From positions 18,414,001 through 18,478,000 of the forward strand of contig OZ024763.1 of assembly GCA_964016885.1 (NCBI GenBank): a stretch of 64,000 bases of DNA. Reading direction: 5' to 3'. The notes below the pieces were generated by a model. It ran no database searches. It saw only the letters and a list, made by a program, of their open reading frames with translations, and was not told the DNA's origin. Below, piece after piece: positions 43,650 through 56,256 of this stretch. Position 1 is the first letter of the stretch. Every line of letters begins with the position of its first letter. The translations under genes were made by a program, and so were the position numbers. Origin of the DNA: Eledone cirrhosa. Its lineage: Eukaryota.

Positions 43650-44159
43650 CAGAACTTGTCAACCCTTATTAAATGGTCAGTCGATTCTACGAAAATGTAA
43701 TGTATTATAGAACATTTTCTTCTTGTCTCCTTAAAACCTCGTTCATTCATCCATATATATCTACAATCGTTGCTATTCTTGCTTTAATTGAATCTTCTCC
43801 ACGCTGGTTCTAAATATTCTCCCTCATTGCTAAAAATTTTCCAGGATTCATAAAAATAGATTCTCTCCTCTCTCGCCCACCAAATTCGCTATTACTCCCA
43901 CTCTCTCTAACATATACGTCCCTCTCGACCTCTCACTCCCTAATATAAATAAGAATGTTACGAGGGACAAAACCTCAGAACTTGTCAACCCTTATTAAAT
44001 GGTCAGTCGATTCTACGGAAATGTAATGTATTATAGAACATTTTCTTCTTGTCTCCTTAAAACCTCGTTCATTCATCCATATATATCTACAATTGTTGCT
44101 ATTCTTGCTTTAATTTAATCTTCTCCACGCTGGTTCTAAATATTCTCCCTCATTGCTAA
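43650..44159. repeat. 184-bp direct repeat (43650-43833 and 43976-44159)
   Basis: cagaacttgtcaaccc...cattgctaa occurs twice, period 326. Confidence 0.9.
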
Positions 44160-47100
44160 CTACCCCATACCCCTCCCTCCCGCCCCCACTCTCCACCTTT
44201 ACTATTTGGACCAATCACAAGTCAACGGCCTATGCTATCACCACTGGCTGCTTTTCGATATGATGGATGGACTAAGGAATTTCTGGAGAGTCTGAAGAAT
44301 CTGGACACTCGATGACAATGCCAAAGATAACGACAAATTCACCTCATGCTGCCGGACGAAGGGGCAAGGCCCCCCCCCCCCTCTTTGTTTCGGCCGCGGA
44401 TGGCCAACATAACCCCAAACTCATTCCCCTCACCCCTCCCTGCGCCCCATCCTCCAAACACAATCCAAAACTTCAGAGTTGGTACCATGAACGTAGGCAC
44501 CTTATAAGGCCGCTCTAACAAGGTTGTAGAAATGCTTGAACGTAAGGAGGGTGATGTTTGCTGTATCCAAGAGACCAGGTGGAGGGGCGGGTCTGCTAGA
44601 TTCATTGTGGGTAAAAAACGTTGCTATAAGCTTTTCTGGGTGGGGAATGACAATGGGATAGGTGGGGTAGGAATCATGTTAGCAGAAAAATGGGTGGATA
44701 AGATAATAGACGTAAATAGAGTGAATGACAGAATAATTAAAATAAGACTTGTTCTAAACAGAACTACTGTGACAGTAATATCTGCATACGCGCCCCAATC
44801 CGGACTGCCTGGCGCTATAAAAGACAGATTCTATGAGACACTGATGCTCACTACCTCCCAAATAACCGACAGTGACTATATAATTATTGCAGGCGACCTA
44901 AATGGTCACGTTGGACAACATTGTGGCGGCTATGACGGAATCCACGGAGGCTATGGGTTTGGTACTAGAAACGAGGAAGGCTCCAGAATCCTGGAATTCT
45001 GTGATGCGAACAACCTAACTATCTGTAACACTAACTTCAAAAAACGAGACAATCACTTGATCACCTACAGATCAGGAGAACATACCAGCCAGGTAGATTA
45101 TATCCTTACCAGAAGACGTGACAGAGTGTCTGTTGTAAACACTAAATCCCTCCCCCATGAAGAATGCACCTCCCAACATAGACTGATAATTAGCGACCTC
45201 AAAGTCAGGACGAGACGTACTAGACAGCAGAAGAGGACTATCCTCAGGAGAAAAATATGGAAGCTAAAGGATCCCACAGCCAGAAATAAATTTCGAAGCA
45301 TATTACTTTGATGCTTTCGACAGTAAGGAAGAGCAATTAGAGTCGTACAATATAGAGGAACAGTGGGAATTCCTGAAAGCAAACCTGCTGATGGCGGCAG
45401 ACGAAGTCTGTGGCTGGAGCAGGCCTGTAGGCAGGAGGAGAGTAACATGGTGGTGGAACAGTAAGGTGGAGGGGTCAATCAAGGCCAAAAAGCAGGCTTG
45501 GAAAGCATGGCGGGATGGGGGAAGTAGAGAAGACTATCAAGTGGCCAGGAGGGAAGCTAGGAGACAAGTGTACTTCGCAAGAAGGGAAGCAGAGGAAAGA
45601 AAGTTCAAGCATGTTCTACAACGCGAGGACCAAAAACGTGAGGTGTTCAGGATTGCTAGGCAATGTGTCAAGGAAAACCGTGATATTGTCGGGCAGAAGT
45701 GTGTACTTAACGATGATGGCGTACTTGCCATCACTGACGCTGATAAGAAGGTAGCTTGGAAGTGTCACTACGAAAGGCTACTAAATGAGGAGAATAAATG
45801 GGAGAAAGACAGTCTCTCCCACATCGATCCAATAGAGGGACCAGCAGTGTTAGTCGAAGGTAGTATAATAAGTAAGGCAATCAAAGATATGAAGACGGGT
45901 AAGGCGGCTGGGCCTTCGGAAATAGTTGCTGAAATGCTGAAAGCCTCCGGTACGGTGGGACACACCATGGTCACCCGGATAGTAAACCAAGTCATACAGA
46001 ATGGGGTTGTTCCGAAGGACTGGCGTAGCAGCATCATCGTTAACTGTTACAAGGGTAAAGGAGACGCCCTAGATAGGAGTAACTATAGAGGCATTAAATT
46101 AATCGACCAGGTCATGAAGGTCACGGAAAAAGTAATAGCGCAACTAATCAGAGAGAGAATTGACCGAGATGAAATGCAGTTCGGGTTTGTGTCAGGCAAA
46201 AGTACCACAGACGCTCTTTTCATTGTACGACAACTACAGGAGAAGTACCGAGCTAAAAGTAAACCCCTATACTTAGCTTTTGTCGACTTGGAGAAAGCCT
46301 TCGACAGAGTCCCCCGTTCCATTATCTGGTGGGCTCTTAGAAAACTAGGTGTTGACGAATGGCTTGTGAGAGCCATACAAGCCATGTATAAAGAAACGGT
46401 CAGCAAGGTTAGAATTAACAACGAATATAGTGAAGAGTTTAGCGTAAAAGTTGGTGTCCATCAGGGCTCTGTTCTTAGCCCCCTACTATTTATTATTGCC
46501 CTTCAGGCTATAACAGAGGAGTTCAAGACCGGCTGCCCATGGGAACTCCTATACGCAGATGATCTAACGCTCATAGCTGAATCAATGGCCGAGCTAGAGA
46601 AGAAATTCCAAACATGGAAGCACGGCCTAGAATCAAAAGGCCTTAAAATTAACCTGGCTAAGACTAAAGTTCTAGTTTGTAGGAAAGAAAATAAGGCGCC
46701 GGTCCCCTCCGGGAAATGGCCATGCTCAGTGTGTAGGAAAGGCGTAGGTAGAAACTCCATTTTATGTCCCAAATGCAAAGTATGGGTGCATATAAGATGT
46801 AGTGGGATCACAGGTAAGCTAACTAAGAACACAGATTTTACATGTGGCCGGTGCTCTGGTGCAATAAGTAGCAGCAAGTGCCCACAAAATACTAGCTCAT
46901 TCAACTGCGCAGAGGGCTCTATAGAAATAGTGGACAGCTTCCGTTACCTGGGTGACAAAATCAGCAGTGGGGGAGGATGCTCTGAAAGTACAGTAGCTAG
47001 AGTCAGAACTGGATGGAAAAAGTTCAGAGAGCTTATACCACTATTAGCTGCTAAAGGGTTCTCCCTAAAAATGAAAGGCAGGTTGTATGATGCCTGCATA

Positions 47101-47879
47101 CGAACAGCAATGTTGCATGGCAGTGAGACCTGGGCATTGTGTGCAGAGGATATACGCAGATTAGAGAGGAACGAAGCTTGCATGCTCCGCTGGATGTGTA
47201 ATAGTAATATACGTGAACGGCAAAGCATAAACGAATTAAGGGAGAAATTAGGAATAAGAGGGATCAGATGTTGTTTACTTGAGAGAAGGCTACGTTGGTA
47301 TGGTCACGTGATGCGCATGAAAGACGACAGCTGTATAACAAAGTGCAGGGCAATAAAGATAGATGGTAGCCACGGAGTAGGCAGACCCAGGAAAACCTGG
47401 GACGAGCTGATAAATTCCGACCTCACACACTTACACCTCTTCAAGACAATGTCACTGGACCGAGACCTTTGGCGGTACTCAGTAACAGAGAAGACCCGCC
47501 TTACCTAAATACAAAGTAAAACCTACTAGTCAGTAGGCATCTCGAACAAAATTCACCCCCGTCCCACCCCATCCACACCGCCCCCTTCAATGCAAAGTTA
47601 TGTTGGGGCCACAACATCCAGGCCGAAACAAACGAGATCGTGTAGGTGTCACGACAAAAAAACACACAGTCCACGCTGTAATGTGACCGTGTAGGCAACA
47701 CGGTAAAAACCTCCCAGCCCCACACTGTAAATGTGGTTGTTGTTAGGAAACGCATCCAGCTGTAGAAAACCCGCCAGACAGTCCTATGCGAGCAAGACAA
47801 TCACTCTTGCCTCAAGTGGGAAAACCCCTGTCCAAACCCATGCAAGCGTGGAACAGGGACGTTAAACGATGATGATGAT
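44160..47879 (+). mobile_element. Near full-length RTE LINE (APE endonuclease, RT, PHD-like finger), disrupted by a stop near 44505 and a frameshift near 45305
   Basis: GTMNVGTL, CCIQETRW, SAYAPQ, AGDLNGHVG, SQVDYIL, RT motifs with [12 protein letters not shown]; 3' UTR with (gat)n tail. The 5' boundary is approximate. Confidence 0.95.
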
Positions 47880-48437
47880 ATACTCTATATATACACTCTA
47901 TACTCTATATATACTCTCTATATACACTATATACTCTCTATATACTCTATATGATGTTGTCCAAGGGAAAAGCAATGGCCGATACGGCTTGACACCAGTG
48001 ATGTTGCAAATCATTTCTACAGCTGAGTAAACTGGAGCAACGTGAAATAAAGTGTCTTGCTCAAGGACACCGTACCACCTGGTTTGAGAATCGAACTCAC
48101 AACCTTTCGATTGCCAGCCCAATGCTCTAACCACTAAGCCATGCGCCTCCACATTCGTAACAACTGTTTCTACTTTTGGCACAAGGGGCCAGCCCCCCCC
48201 CCCCCCCCCCAGTGCATTACTGGTGCTTTTATCTCATCGCCCCCCCCCCCCCCCCCGCAAGGACGAACGGCAAAGTCAACTTCGACAGGGATTTGAACTC
48301 AGGCCGCAAAGGGACGTAACTCTATGCCGCAAAGCATGGCGTCCGGCCCTCTACCGGTGCTGCCAAGTCACCGCCCTCCCACATTCGTAATAATGATGAT
48401 GATGTAGTCTCTCTCTATATTTCTTTTGTCTTTCTAG

Positions 48438-48566
48438 GTATTGAACAGCATACAGAAGTTAGGCCCATCGTCACTGATTGAACCTACAGAGCTCTACAAG
48501 ATGTGTCTATTTGTGGGGCTGGTCCATCGAACTCAGGAAAACTCTTCGCAGTCTTTTTCAATTGTG
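48438..48566 (+). CDS. AHCTF1: ELYS coding exon 14 (VLNSIQKLGPS...CLFVGLV...)
   Basis: ttctag| ... |gtaagg; phase 0-0. Confidence 0.9.
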
Positions 48567-48759
48567 GTAAGGAGGAGATATTGCTCCTGGCCCCTTTTCC
48601 CCCTTCACTTCTATTCCATATTCACACCTCCATCCCCCCGACTCCATCCCCCGTTCTAGGTTTTACACCAGCTCATGCAACATACTTTAAGGGGGTGGGG
48701 GTGGGGGTGGGGTGGGGGTGGGGGTCATCATATATCATAGCATCTGCTGCTGCAGCACT

Positions 48760-49372
48760 GCAGCCACCACCATCATCACCACCATCATCTACTACTACCA
48801 TCATCATAGTATACCATCACCACCACCACATACCATCACCACCACCATCATAGTATACCAATACCATCACCACCACCACATACCATCACCACCATCATCA
48901 TAGTATAGTATACCATCACCACCACCATAGTATACCAATACCATCACCACCACCACATACCATCACCACCATCATCATAGTATAGTATACCATCACCACC
49001 ACCATAGTATACCAATACCATCACCACCACCACATACCATCATCATAGTATAGTATACCAATACCATCACCACCACCACTGTCATATACCACCACCATCA
49101 TCATCATAGTATACCAATACCATCACCACCACCACCACCATCATCATATACTACCATCATCATTGTCATCTGCACCACCACCATCATATTACCATTAAGT
49201 TGCCATACACCATCGTATATCAGCAGCAGCATCACCCTCAGCAGCAGCATTAGCTGCACCACCACCACCACCACCATATCATGCATTGTAGTCCCATCCC
49301 CACCACCATTACCATCATCATCAGCAGCAGCACCATTATATCATCTGCTATACTACCACCACCACCACCATC
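48760..49372. repeat. (CAC/CAT)n-rich compound repeat
   Basis: Read directly. Confidence 0.9.
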
Positions 49373-49471
49373 ATATGTTTTTAGATGTTGTTCAATATTA
49401 ACATGTAGTACTGTATTTTCATGTTGCTCTATATCTAGTTCTATATTTACATGTGGTTCTATATATTTACA

Positions 49472-50733
49472 TGTTGTTTACCTTGACTTTGCGAAGGCCT
49501 TCAATTCTGTGCCACACAAAAGGCTTATGGCAAAACTCTCTGCAATGGGTGTGAAGGATGATCTTTTTAACTGGTTGAAGTCCTTCATTCTCAGTCGAAG
49601 AGAGGTAGTCACGGTTCTGGGACAGCATTCCTCACCATATGAGATGTCATCTGGTGTACCATAGGGATCTGTTCTTGGCCCCCTTTTGTTTGTGGCATAT
49701 ATTAATGACATAGATGCCAACTTAAGGAATACCACAGTACTAAAGTACGCAGACGACATCAAGCTGTACCTTGAGATAAGAAGGACAGATCCTGAACACT
49801 ATAGATCTTGCTTGCAGTCTGACCTGAACACAATGCAACAATGGATCTCAGACTGGCAAATCAAGCTAGCTGTGGACAAGTGCACCACCATGCATTTTGG
49901 GAGTAAAAACCCAGCGTCCACATACTCCCTCCACAGCACTAATATCAAGGTCTTCCTGTGAACGTGACCTGGGCATTACGGTCAGCAGCGATTTGCGTTG
50001 GACGAGGCACGTCTCTAAAATTGTCAAGAGGGCCGAGGGTGTCTTAGCATCACTAAGCAAGACCTTTGTCAGCCACTCTCCAGATACCTATTTAAGGCTG
50101 TATACAGCTATGGTGCGACCACACTTAGAATTTGCATCACCAGTCTGGAACCCCTATCTTGCTCAGAACATTGACTGCCTGGAAACTGTTCAGAGACGTG
50201 CAACCAAGCGAATACCCTCCATCAGGCATCTACCATACTCTGAGCGCCTTGCTTCCCTGGGCATGGATTCATTGAAGCTCCGACGCCTGGCAACTGACTT
50301 GGTAAACACCCACAAAATTGTTAACCATGTTGCCAACAACAACCCTGAGTACCTTTTTGATTTCCATGTGTCTAACACACGTGGACATGCCCACAAAGTA
50401 AGAAAACAGCACAGTTCCCATGACTTTCGGAAACATATTTTCACGCTCAGAGTTGCTGAAGCATGGAACAAACTCCCTGCATCAGTTGTTAGCTGTCGAG
50501 ACACTGCATCCTTTAAAACCTCCATGGAACAAACTACCTGCATCAGTTGTTAGCTGTCGAGACACTGCATCCTTTAAGGCCTCCATGCTTCCCGAGATCC
50601 GCCAACACTACAGCTAACACATACACACATGTACTTCCCTGACATTTGTGTATTATTCTATGTACTATACATACACCTTTGACGAGTTGTAGTGCACCTG
50701 AGTACTTTACACAATAATTTCATTATTATTATT
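49472..50733 (+). mobile_element. CR1 LINE, 5'-truncated and degenerate
   Basis: VVYLDFAKAFNSVPH, GVP.GSVLGPLLF, YADDIKLY, VRPHLEFA..VWNP, TRGH, WNKLP; (att)n tail. Confidence 0.92.
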
Positions 50734-50827
50734 ATGTGGTTCTATATTTACATGTGGTTCTATATATATATGTGGTTCTATATTTACATGTGGTTTTATA
50801 TATTTATATGTGGTTCTATATTTGTAG

Positions 50828-50918
50828 GGTTTCCAAAGGGAAGCATTGTTGTCCTTATGTCTTGAGTACCACATGGTAAATGTCATACTGAAATGCATTG
50901 ATGAATGGGCTGATGGAG
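50828..50918 (+). CDS. AHCTF1: ELYS coding exon 15 (GFQREALLSLCLEY...CIDEWADG)
   Basis: ttgtag| ... |gtaagt; phase 0 to 1. Confidence 0.9.
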
Positions 50919-51012
50919 GTAAGTAAGACCCTTTTATAACCAATTATAAAAGTTTTTAGGATATCTCGTTAGCTGTGACCTTTTATAACTAATTAATTAA
51001 TTTGTAGGATAT

Positions 51013-51480
51013 GGAGGCACATGGCTTAGTGGTTAGAGTATTGGCCTTGCAATTGAAATGTTGTGAGTTCAATTCTCAGATTGGGTGATGTATTGTTTCC
51101 TTGAGCAAGACACTTTATTTCACATTGCTCCAGTTTACTCAGCTGTAGAAATGAGATGATAGGGACTGGGGTCCCTATCATTCCACTGCAAAGTGGTAGT
51201 GGAGGTGCCACGGCACCCAGCCCACACTATAAAGTGGACGTGTAGGCGCCATGGAAAAAAGCACCCAGCCCACACTGTAAAGTGGATGTGTAGGCACCAC
51301 GGAAAAAAAAGTACCCAGTCCACACTGTAAAGTGGACGTGGAAGTGCCACAGAAAAAAAAGCACCCATCTCTCACTGTAAATGAGGTTGGTGTTAGGAAG
51401 GGCATCCAGCTGTAGAAATCAAGCCAGAATCAGTTCCCGTCCCACCCTTGCAAGCTGGGAAAAGCGGACTTAAAATGATG
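51013..51480 (+). mobile_element. CORE-type SINE with internal expansion of the about 47-bp unit
   Basis: Same family as 5835, with extra cacccag.ccacactgtaaagtgga units. Confidence 0.88.
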
Positions 51481-51509
51481 TATATACATATAATCATCAT
51501 TTTAATCAT

Positions 51510-51835
51510 CATTTCATTTTACGTCTGCTTTTCCCTGCTTGCAAGGGTGGAACGGGAACTGATTCTGGCTTGATTTCTACAGCTGGATGCCCTTCCTAAC
51601 ACCAACCTCATTTACAGTGAGTGCTGGGTGCTTTTTTTGCCGTGGCACCTCCACGACCACTTTGCAGTGAGATGATAGGGACCCCAGTCCCTATCATCTC
51701 ATTTCTGAGTAAACTGGAGCAATGTGAAATAAAGTGTCTTGCTCAAGGAAACAACACATCACCCGGTCTGAGAATTGAACTCACAACCTTTCGATTGCAA
51801 GGCCAATGCTCTAACCACTAAGCCATGTACCTCCA
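51510..51835 (-). mobile_element. CORE-type SINE
   Basis: Reverse complement of the 5835 family. Confidence 0.88.
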
Positions 51836-52198
51836 TAATAATCATCATTTTAATTATCATCACAGAAAAAAAGAGAATCAGTGTTGCGATGAATGGAATT
51901 TATTGGACATATTACCATCGTTTCTCTGGCAACCAGCTCGAGGCACGATTGAAGTGGTGATCGAACCTGACTCTGAATATCGCAAGGTACTCAGATATGA
52001 CTTGATTCTACAAAGCAGATTTTCCTAATGTCCTTTTACATCGATATCCGTCACCTGTCGGCTTAGCTCCTGTTGTTGTCATTCCATGAGTGGTCAAGAA
52101 TTGTACACGTCGTCAGTATTTCTAGCCACTCATGGTTGTCCACTATTTGGTTCTATTCATTCTCCACCTGTCAATCAAAGTTATATAAATATATATAT

Positions 52199-52244
<46 letters not shown>

Positions 52245-52662
52245 TACGTAATTCCGAAGGAAAAGCAAAGGAAAAAAGAATGCTCTATGTATAGAACAGA
52301 GCTATTTAATTAGAGAGCCTCACTTCCAATTTTTAACAGATTTTAAATTTCATTTCATATCTTTTATCTATAACATCTCTGCCTAACGACCGATCCAGAC
52401 ATATATTATCGTCTGTGATCCAGAAACCTTTGGTAATGGAGTAGTTATATTTTGTGTTGTTCTCTCTCTCTATCTCTATATCTATACATATATATATATA
52501 ATGTTCCGAAGATATTGTTTTCGTAAAAACAGGAGCAAGTAGGAGAAAGCTCTCAACATTTATAGTTTGTTCGTTATGATGGAAATTCAATATAATTACA
52601 TTAATAAAGATGGTGATGTTACATAAACGATTTATGTAACATCACCATCTTTATTGATGTTG

Positions 52663-52726
<64 letters not shown>

Positions 52727-52761
52727 CCTTTGTGGTTAATAAAGAAAGCATTATATATGTA

Positions 52762-53124
52762 TCATCATCATCATCATTTTACATCCGCTTTTCCCTGCTT
52801 GCAAGGGTGGGACGGGAACTAATTCTGGCTTGATTTCTACAGCTGGATGCCCTTCCTAACACCAACCTCATTTACAGTGAGTGCTGGGTGCTTCTTTGCC
52901 GTGGCACCTCCACGACCATTTTGCAGTGGCACCTCCACGACCATTTTGCAGTGGAATGATAGGGACCCCAGTCCCTATCATCTCATTTCTACAGCTGAGT
53001 AAACTGGAGCAATCTGAAATAAAGTGTCTTGTTCAAGGAAACAACACATCACCCGGTCTGAGAACTGAACTCACAACCTTTCGATTGCAATCCCAATGCT
53101 CTAACCACTAAGCCATGTGCCTCC
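52762..53124 (-). mobile_element. CORE-type SINE
   Basis: Reverse complement of the 5835 family. Confidence 0.88.
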
Positions 53125-53449
53125 ATATATATATATATATATTGTATATTGAGGTTTCACATTAACCCTTCAGCATTTAAACCGGCTGTATCCTGCCAGA
53201 ATTCTCTCACCTCATTCTGTTCAAATTGGCCATAACCGGCTGTAACTGGCCACTCATATTGATGTTAAGGTATTGTTCTCAAAATATATAACATCAAAAT
53301 CTGGTAAATTTGATATTATGGGAGATAAAGTGTTTACTGTGAAAAACGTAAATGCTAAAGGGTTGATAAGGCTGAGGATTTTAATCAGTTGGTTTTAATT
53401 TTTAATGTAATGTCTTAATATTAATAAGAAAAATGTTTTCCTTTTACAG

Positions 53450-53539
53450 AATTAAGTGCCCAGGGGTGCACTCTGAAATACCTCCTTGACTGGAGTTGGA
53501 ACAAGGTAGTTCAGATGAAAAAGTTCGTTGACACAACAT
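53450..53539 (+). CDS. AHCTF1: ELYS coding exon 16 (...LKYLLDWSWNKVVQMK...)
   Basis: ttacag| ... |gtaagt. Corresponds to ELYS LEWTWNKVV. Confidence 0.93.
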
Positions 53540-53694
53540 GTAAGTCTTTGTCGGTTATTTTAGTCTTCCCCATAATCGTCATCTTCATCAACATCATCAC
53601 CATTTTATGTCTGAGATTGGACGAAAACGTTAGGAATTCCTGGGCTCTGTAAACTGACTGATGCCTTTTATTTATTATTATTAGTAGTAGTAAT

Positions 53695-55128
53695 GGGCGG
53701 TGGATTGGCAGTATTAGTAGAGGGTCGGACGCCATGCTTTCCAGCATAGTTACGTCCCTTTACGATCTGAGTTCAAATCCCGCCGAGGTTGACTTTGCCT
53801 TTCATCCTTACGGGGTCGATAAAATAAAGTACCAGTAATGCACTGGGTAATTGCTGGCCTTGTGCCTAAAGTAGAAACAATTATTAGTAGTAGTAACAGT
53901 AGCAGTAGTTATGTGGTGGATTGGCAGTATCGGTAGAAGTCGGACGTCATGCTTTGCAGCATAGAGTTACGATCCTTTACGGTCTGAGTTCAAATCCTGC
54001 CGAGGTTAGCTTTGCCTTTCATCCTTACAGGATCGATAAAATAAAGTACCAGTATTGATTTGGGTCGATTTAATCAACTTGCCCCTCCCCCAAAATTGCT
54101 GGCTTTGTGCCTATAGTAGAAATCATTGGCAGTAATTGGTAGAGAGTCGGACGCCATGCCTTGTAGCATAGAGTTACGGCCCTTTACGATCTGAGTTCAA
54201 ATCCCGTCGAGGTTAACTTTGCCTTTCATCCTTACGGGATCAATAAAATAAAGTACCAGTAATGTACTGGGTAATTGCTGGCCTTGTGCCAAAAGCAGAA
54301 ACAATTATTATAAGATACAAAGCTTTATCAGACTTTTGTTTAGAAATGGCGGAGAATTTGAAACTAGACAGTGAAAATGGTGCCAGGGTTGTATTTTTGA
54401 CTAAGTAAATTAGCCTAATAATTTGGAATTATAAAAACCCACAGAAGTGGAAAAATGAATGAGCATTAACGTACATGAGACACAAGCCCACATCTCTGGC
54501 TAACATGGCCATTGTGTTACCATTACGCTAATACGCCGCTCACACAAATTTCCATTAAATTTTAAGCTATATAATCATAGTGCATTATTTGACGCATAGA
54601 GTTACGGCCCTTGCCATTCTGAGTTCAAATGCCGCCGAGGTTAACTTTGCCTTTCATCCTTACGGGGTCGATAAAATAAAGTACCAGTAATGTACTGGGT
54701 AATTGCTGGCCTTGTGCCAAAAGTAGAAACAATTATTATTATTATTATTATTGTGGATTGGCAGTATCAGTAGAGGGTCGGACGCCATGCTTTCCAGCAT
54801 AGTTACGTCCCTTTACGATCTGAGTTCAAATCCCGCCGAGGTTGACTTTGCCTTTCATCCTTACGGGGTCGATAAAATAAAGTGCCAGTAATGCACTGGG
54901 GTAATTGCTGGCCTTGTGCCAAAAGTAGAAACAGTTATTATTATTGTGGATTGGCAGTATCGGTAGAGGGTCGGGCGCCATGCTTTTGGCGCAAAGAGTT
55001 ACGGCCCTTGCCATTCTGAGTTCAAATCCCGCTGAGGTTAACTTTGCCTCTCATTCTTACGGGGTCGATAAAATAAAGTACCAGTGATGCACTGGTTAAT
55101 TGCTGGCCTTGTGCCAAAAGTAGAAACA

Positions 55129-55160
<32 letters not shown>
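53695..55160 (+). mobile_element. Head-to-tail cluster of about 6 Nin/Deu-domain SINEs
   Basis: Repeated tggattggcagtat...gagttcaaatcc...cctttcatccttacggggtcgataaa...(att)n. Confidence 0.85.
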
Positions 55161-55161
<1 letters not shown>

Positions 55162-55182
55162 TTGTTTTTGTATTTATCACAG

Positions 55183-55323
55183 CGAAACACTTTTATGATT
55201 GGTCTGAACTTCCTGTAGACGATACTTGTGTCCAAAGTCTGAGACGGTGTTTACAGAAGTACACATATTTATCTCATATATTCCAGAAGTTCATTACAAG
55301 TTCTGTACCAACCACAGAAAATG
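55183..55323 (+). CDS. AHCTF1: ELYS coding exon 17 (SKHFYDWSELPVDD...PTTEN)
   Basis: tcacag| ... |gtcagt; phase 1-1. Fills the expected gap between exons 16 and 18. Confidence 0.88.
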
Positions 55324-55611
55324 GTCAGTCTAGCAATCTACTGCTTTTTCTTTTTTGGTTTTTTTATCTTTTCACGGTAGAGATGATGAAGCAGTTGGCA
55401 GGTAAGCAGTATACAGCAGTAATGAAAGGTAATCACCCAGAAACATTAGTGTCTGCTGTTCTGTTTATATGACAACACAAGAGCAAAAAGGATGGGGTTG
55501 TTCTACTCATATGGCTTAAGAGGCTGTTTGCATAATTGCAAATGAATTGAATATGAAAATTAATAATTGAAAAACTCAGATTTGCATTTATATATATATA
55601 TATATATATAT

Positions 55612-55942
55612 GGAGGCACATGGCTTAGTGGTTAGAGCATTGGCCTTGCAATCGAAAGGTTGTGAGTTCAATTCTCAGACCGGGTGATGTGTTGTTTCCT
55701 TGAGCAAGACACTTTATTTCACATTGCTCCAGTTTACACAGCTGTAGAAATGAGATGATAGGACTGGGGTCCCTATCATTCCACTGCAAAGTGGTCGTGG
55801 AGGTGCCACGGCAAAAAAGCACCCAGCACTCACTGTAAATGAGGTTGGTGTTAGGAAGGGCATCCAGCTGTAGAAATCAAGCCAGAATCAGTTCCCGTCC
55901 CACCCTTGCAAGCAGGGAAAAGGGGACGTAAAATGATGATGA

Positions 55943-55945
<3 letters not shown>
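55612..55945 (+). mobile_element. CORE-type SINE
   Basis: Same family as 5835. Confidence 0.88.
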
Positions 55946-55980
<35 letters not shown>

Positions 55981-56256
55981 GCAAATCTGAGTGATAAAAT
56001 TTGCTCCTAACGAAATACTCTGAATGAACCTGCAGAAGTAGAATCAGCCGGTTCCATACAAGGACCACATCTTGAGCTACATGCCGGAGAAACAATTGTA
56101 ACACGAAATAAACTAAGTCCAGATGCATCACTGATTTTTCGTTTTCTTTATAATATCTACACTCTACTCTGATGAATATCGAGTGCTAATTTTGGCATAC
56201 CGTCTACGGAAGCACCTTAGCTACCACTATACACAACTATATATATACATATATAT

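Noticed and set aside
42663-43710. 345-aa and 295-aa ORFs
   Set aside because: Translations of a 20-bp minisatellite.
56161-56222. CTGATGA with a downstream hairpin
   Set aside because: GGAAG instead of GAAA and no convincing stems I or III.
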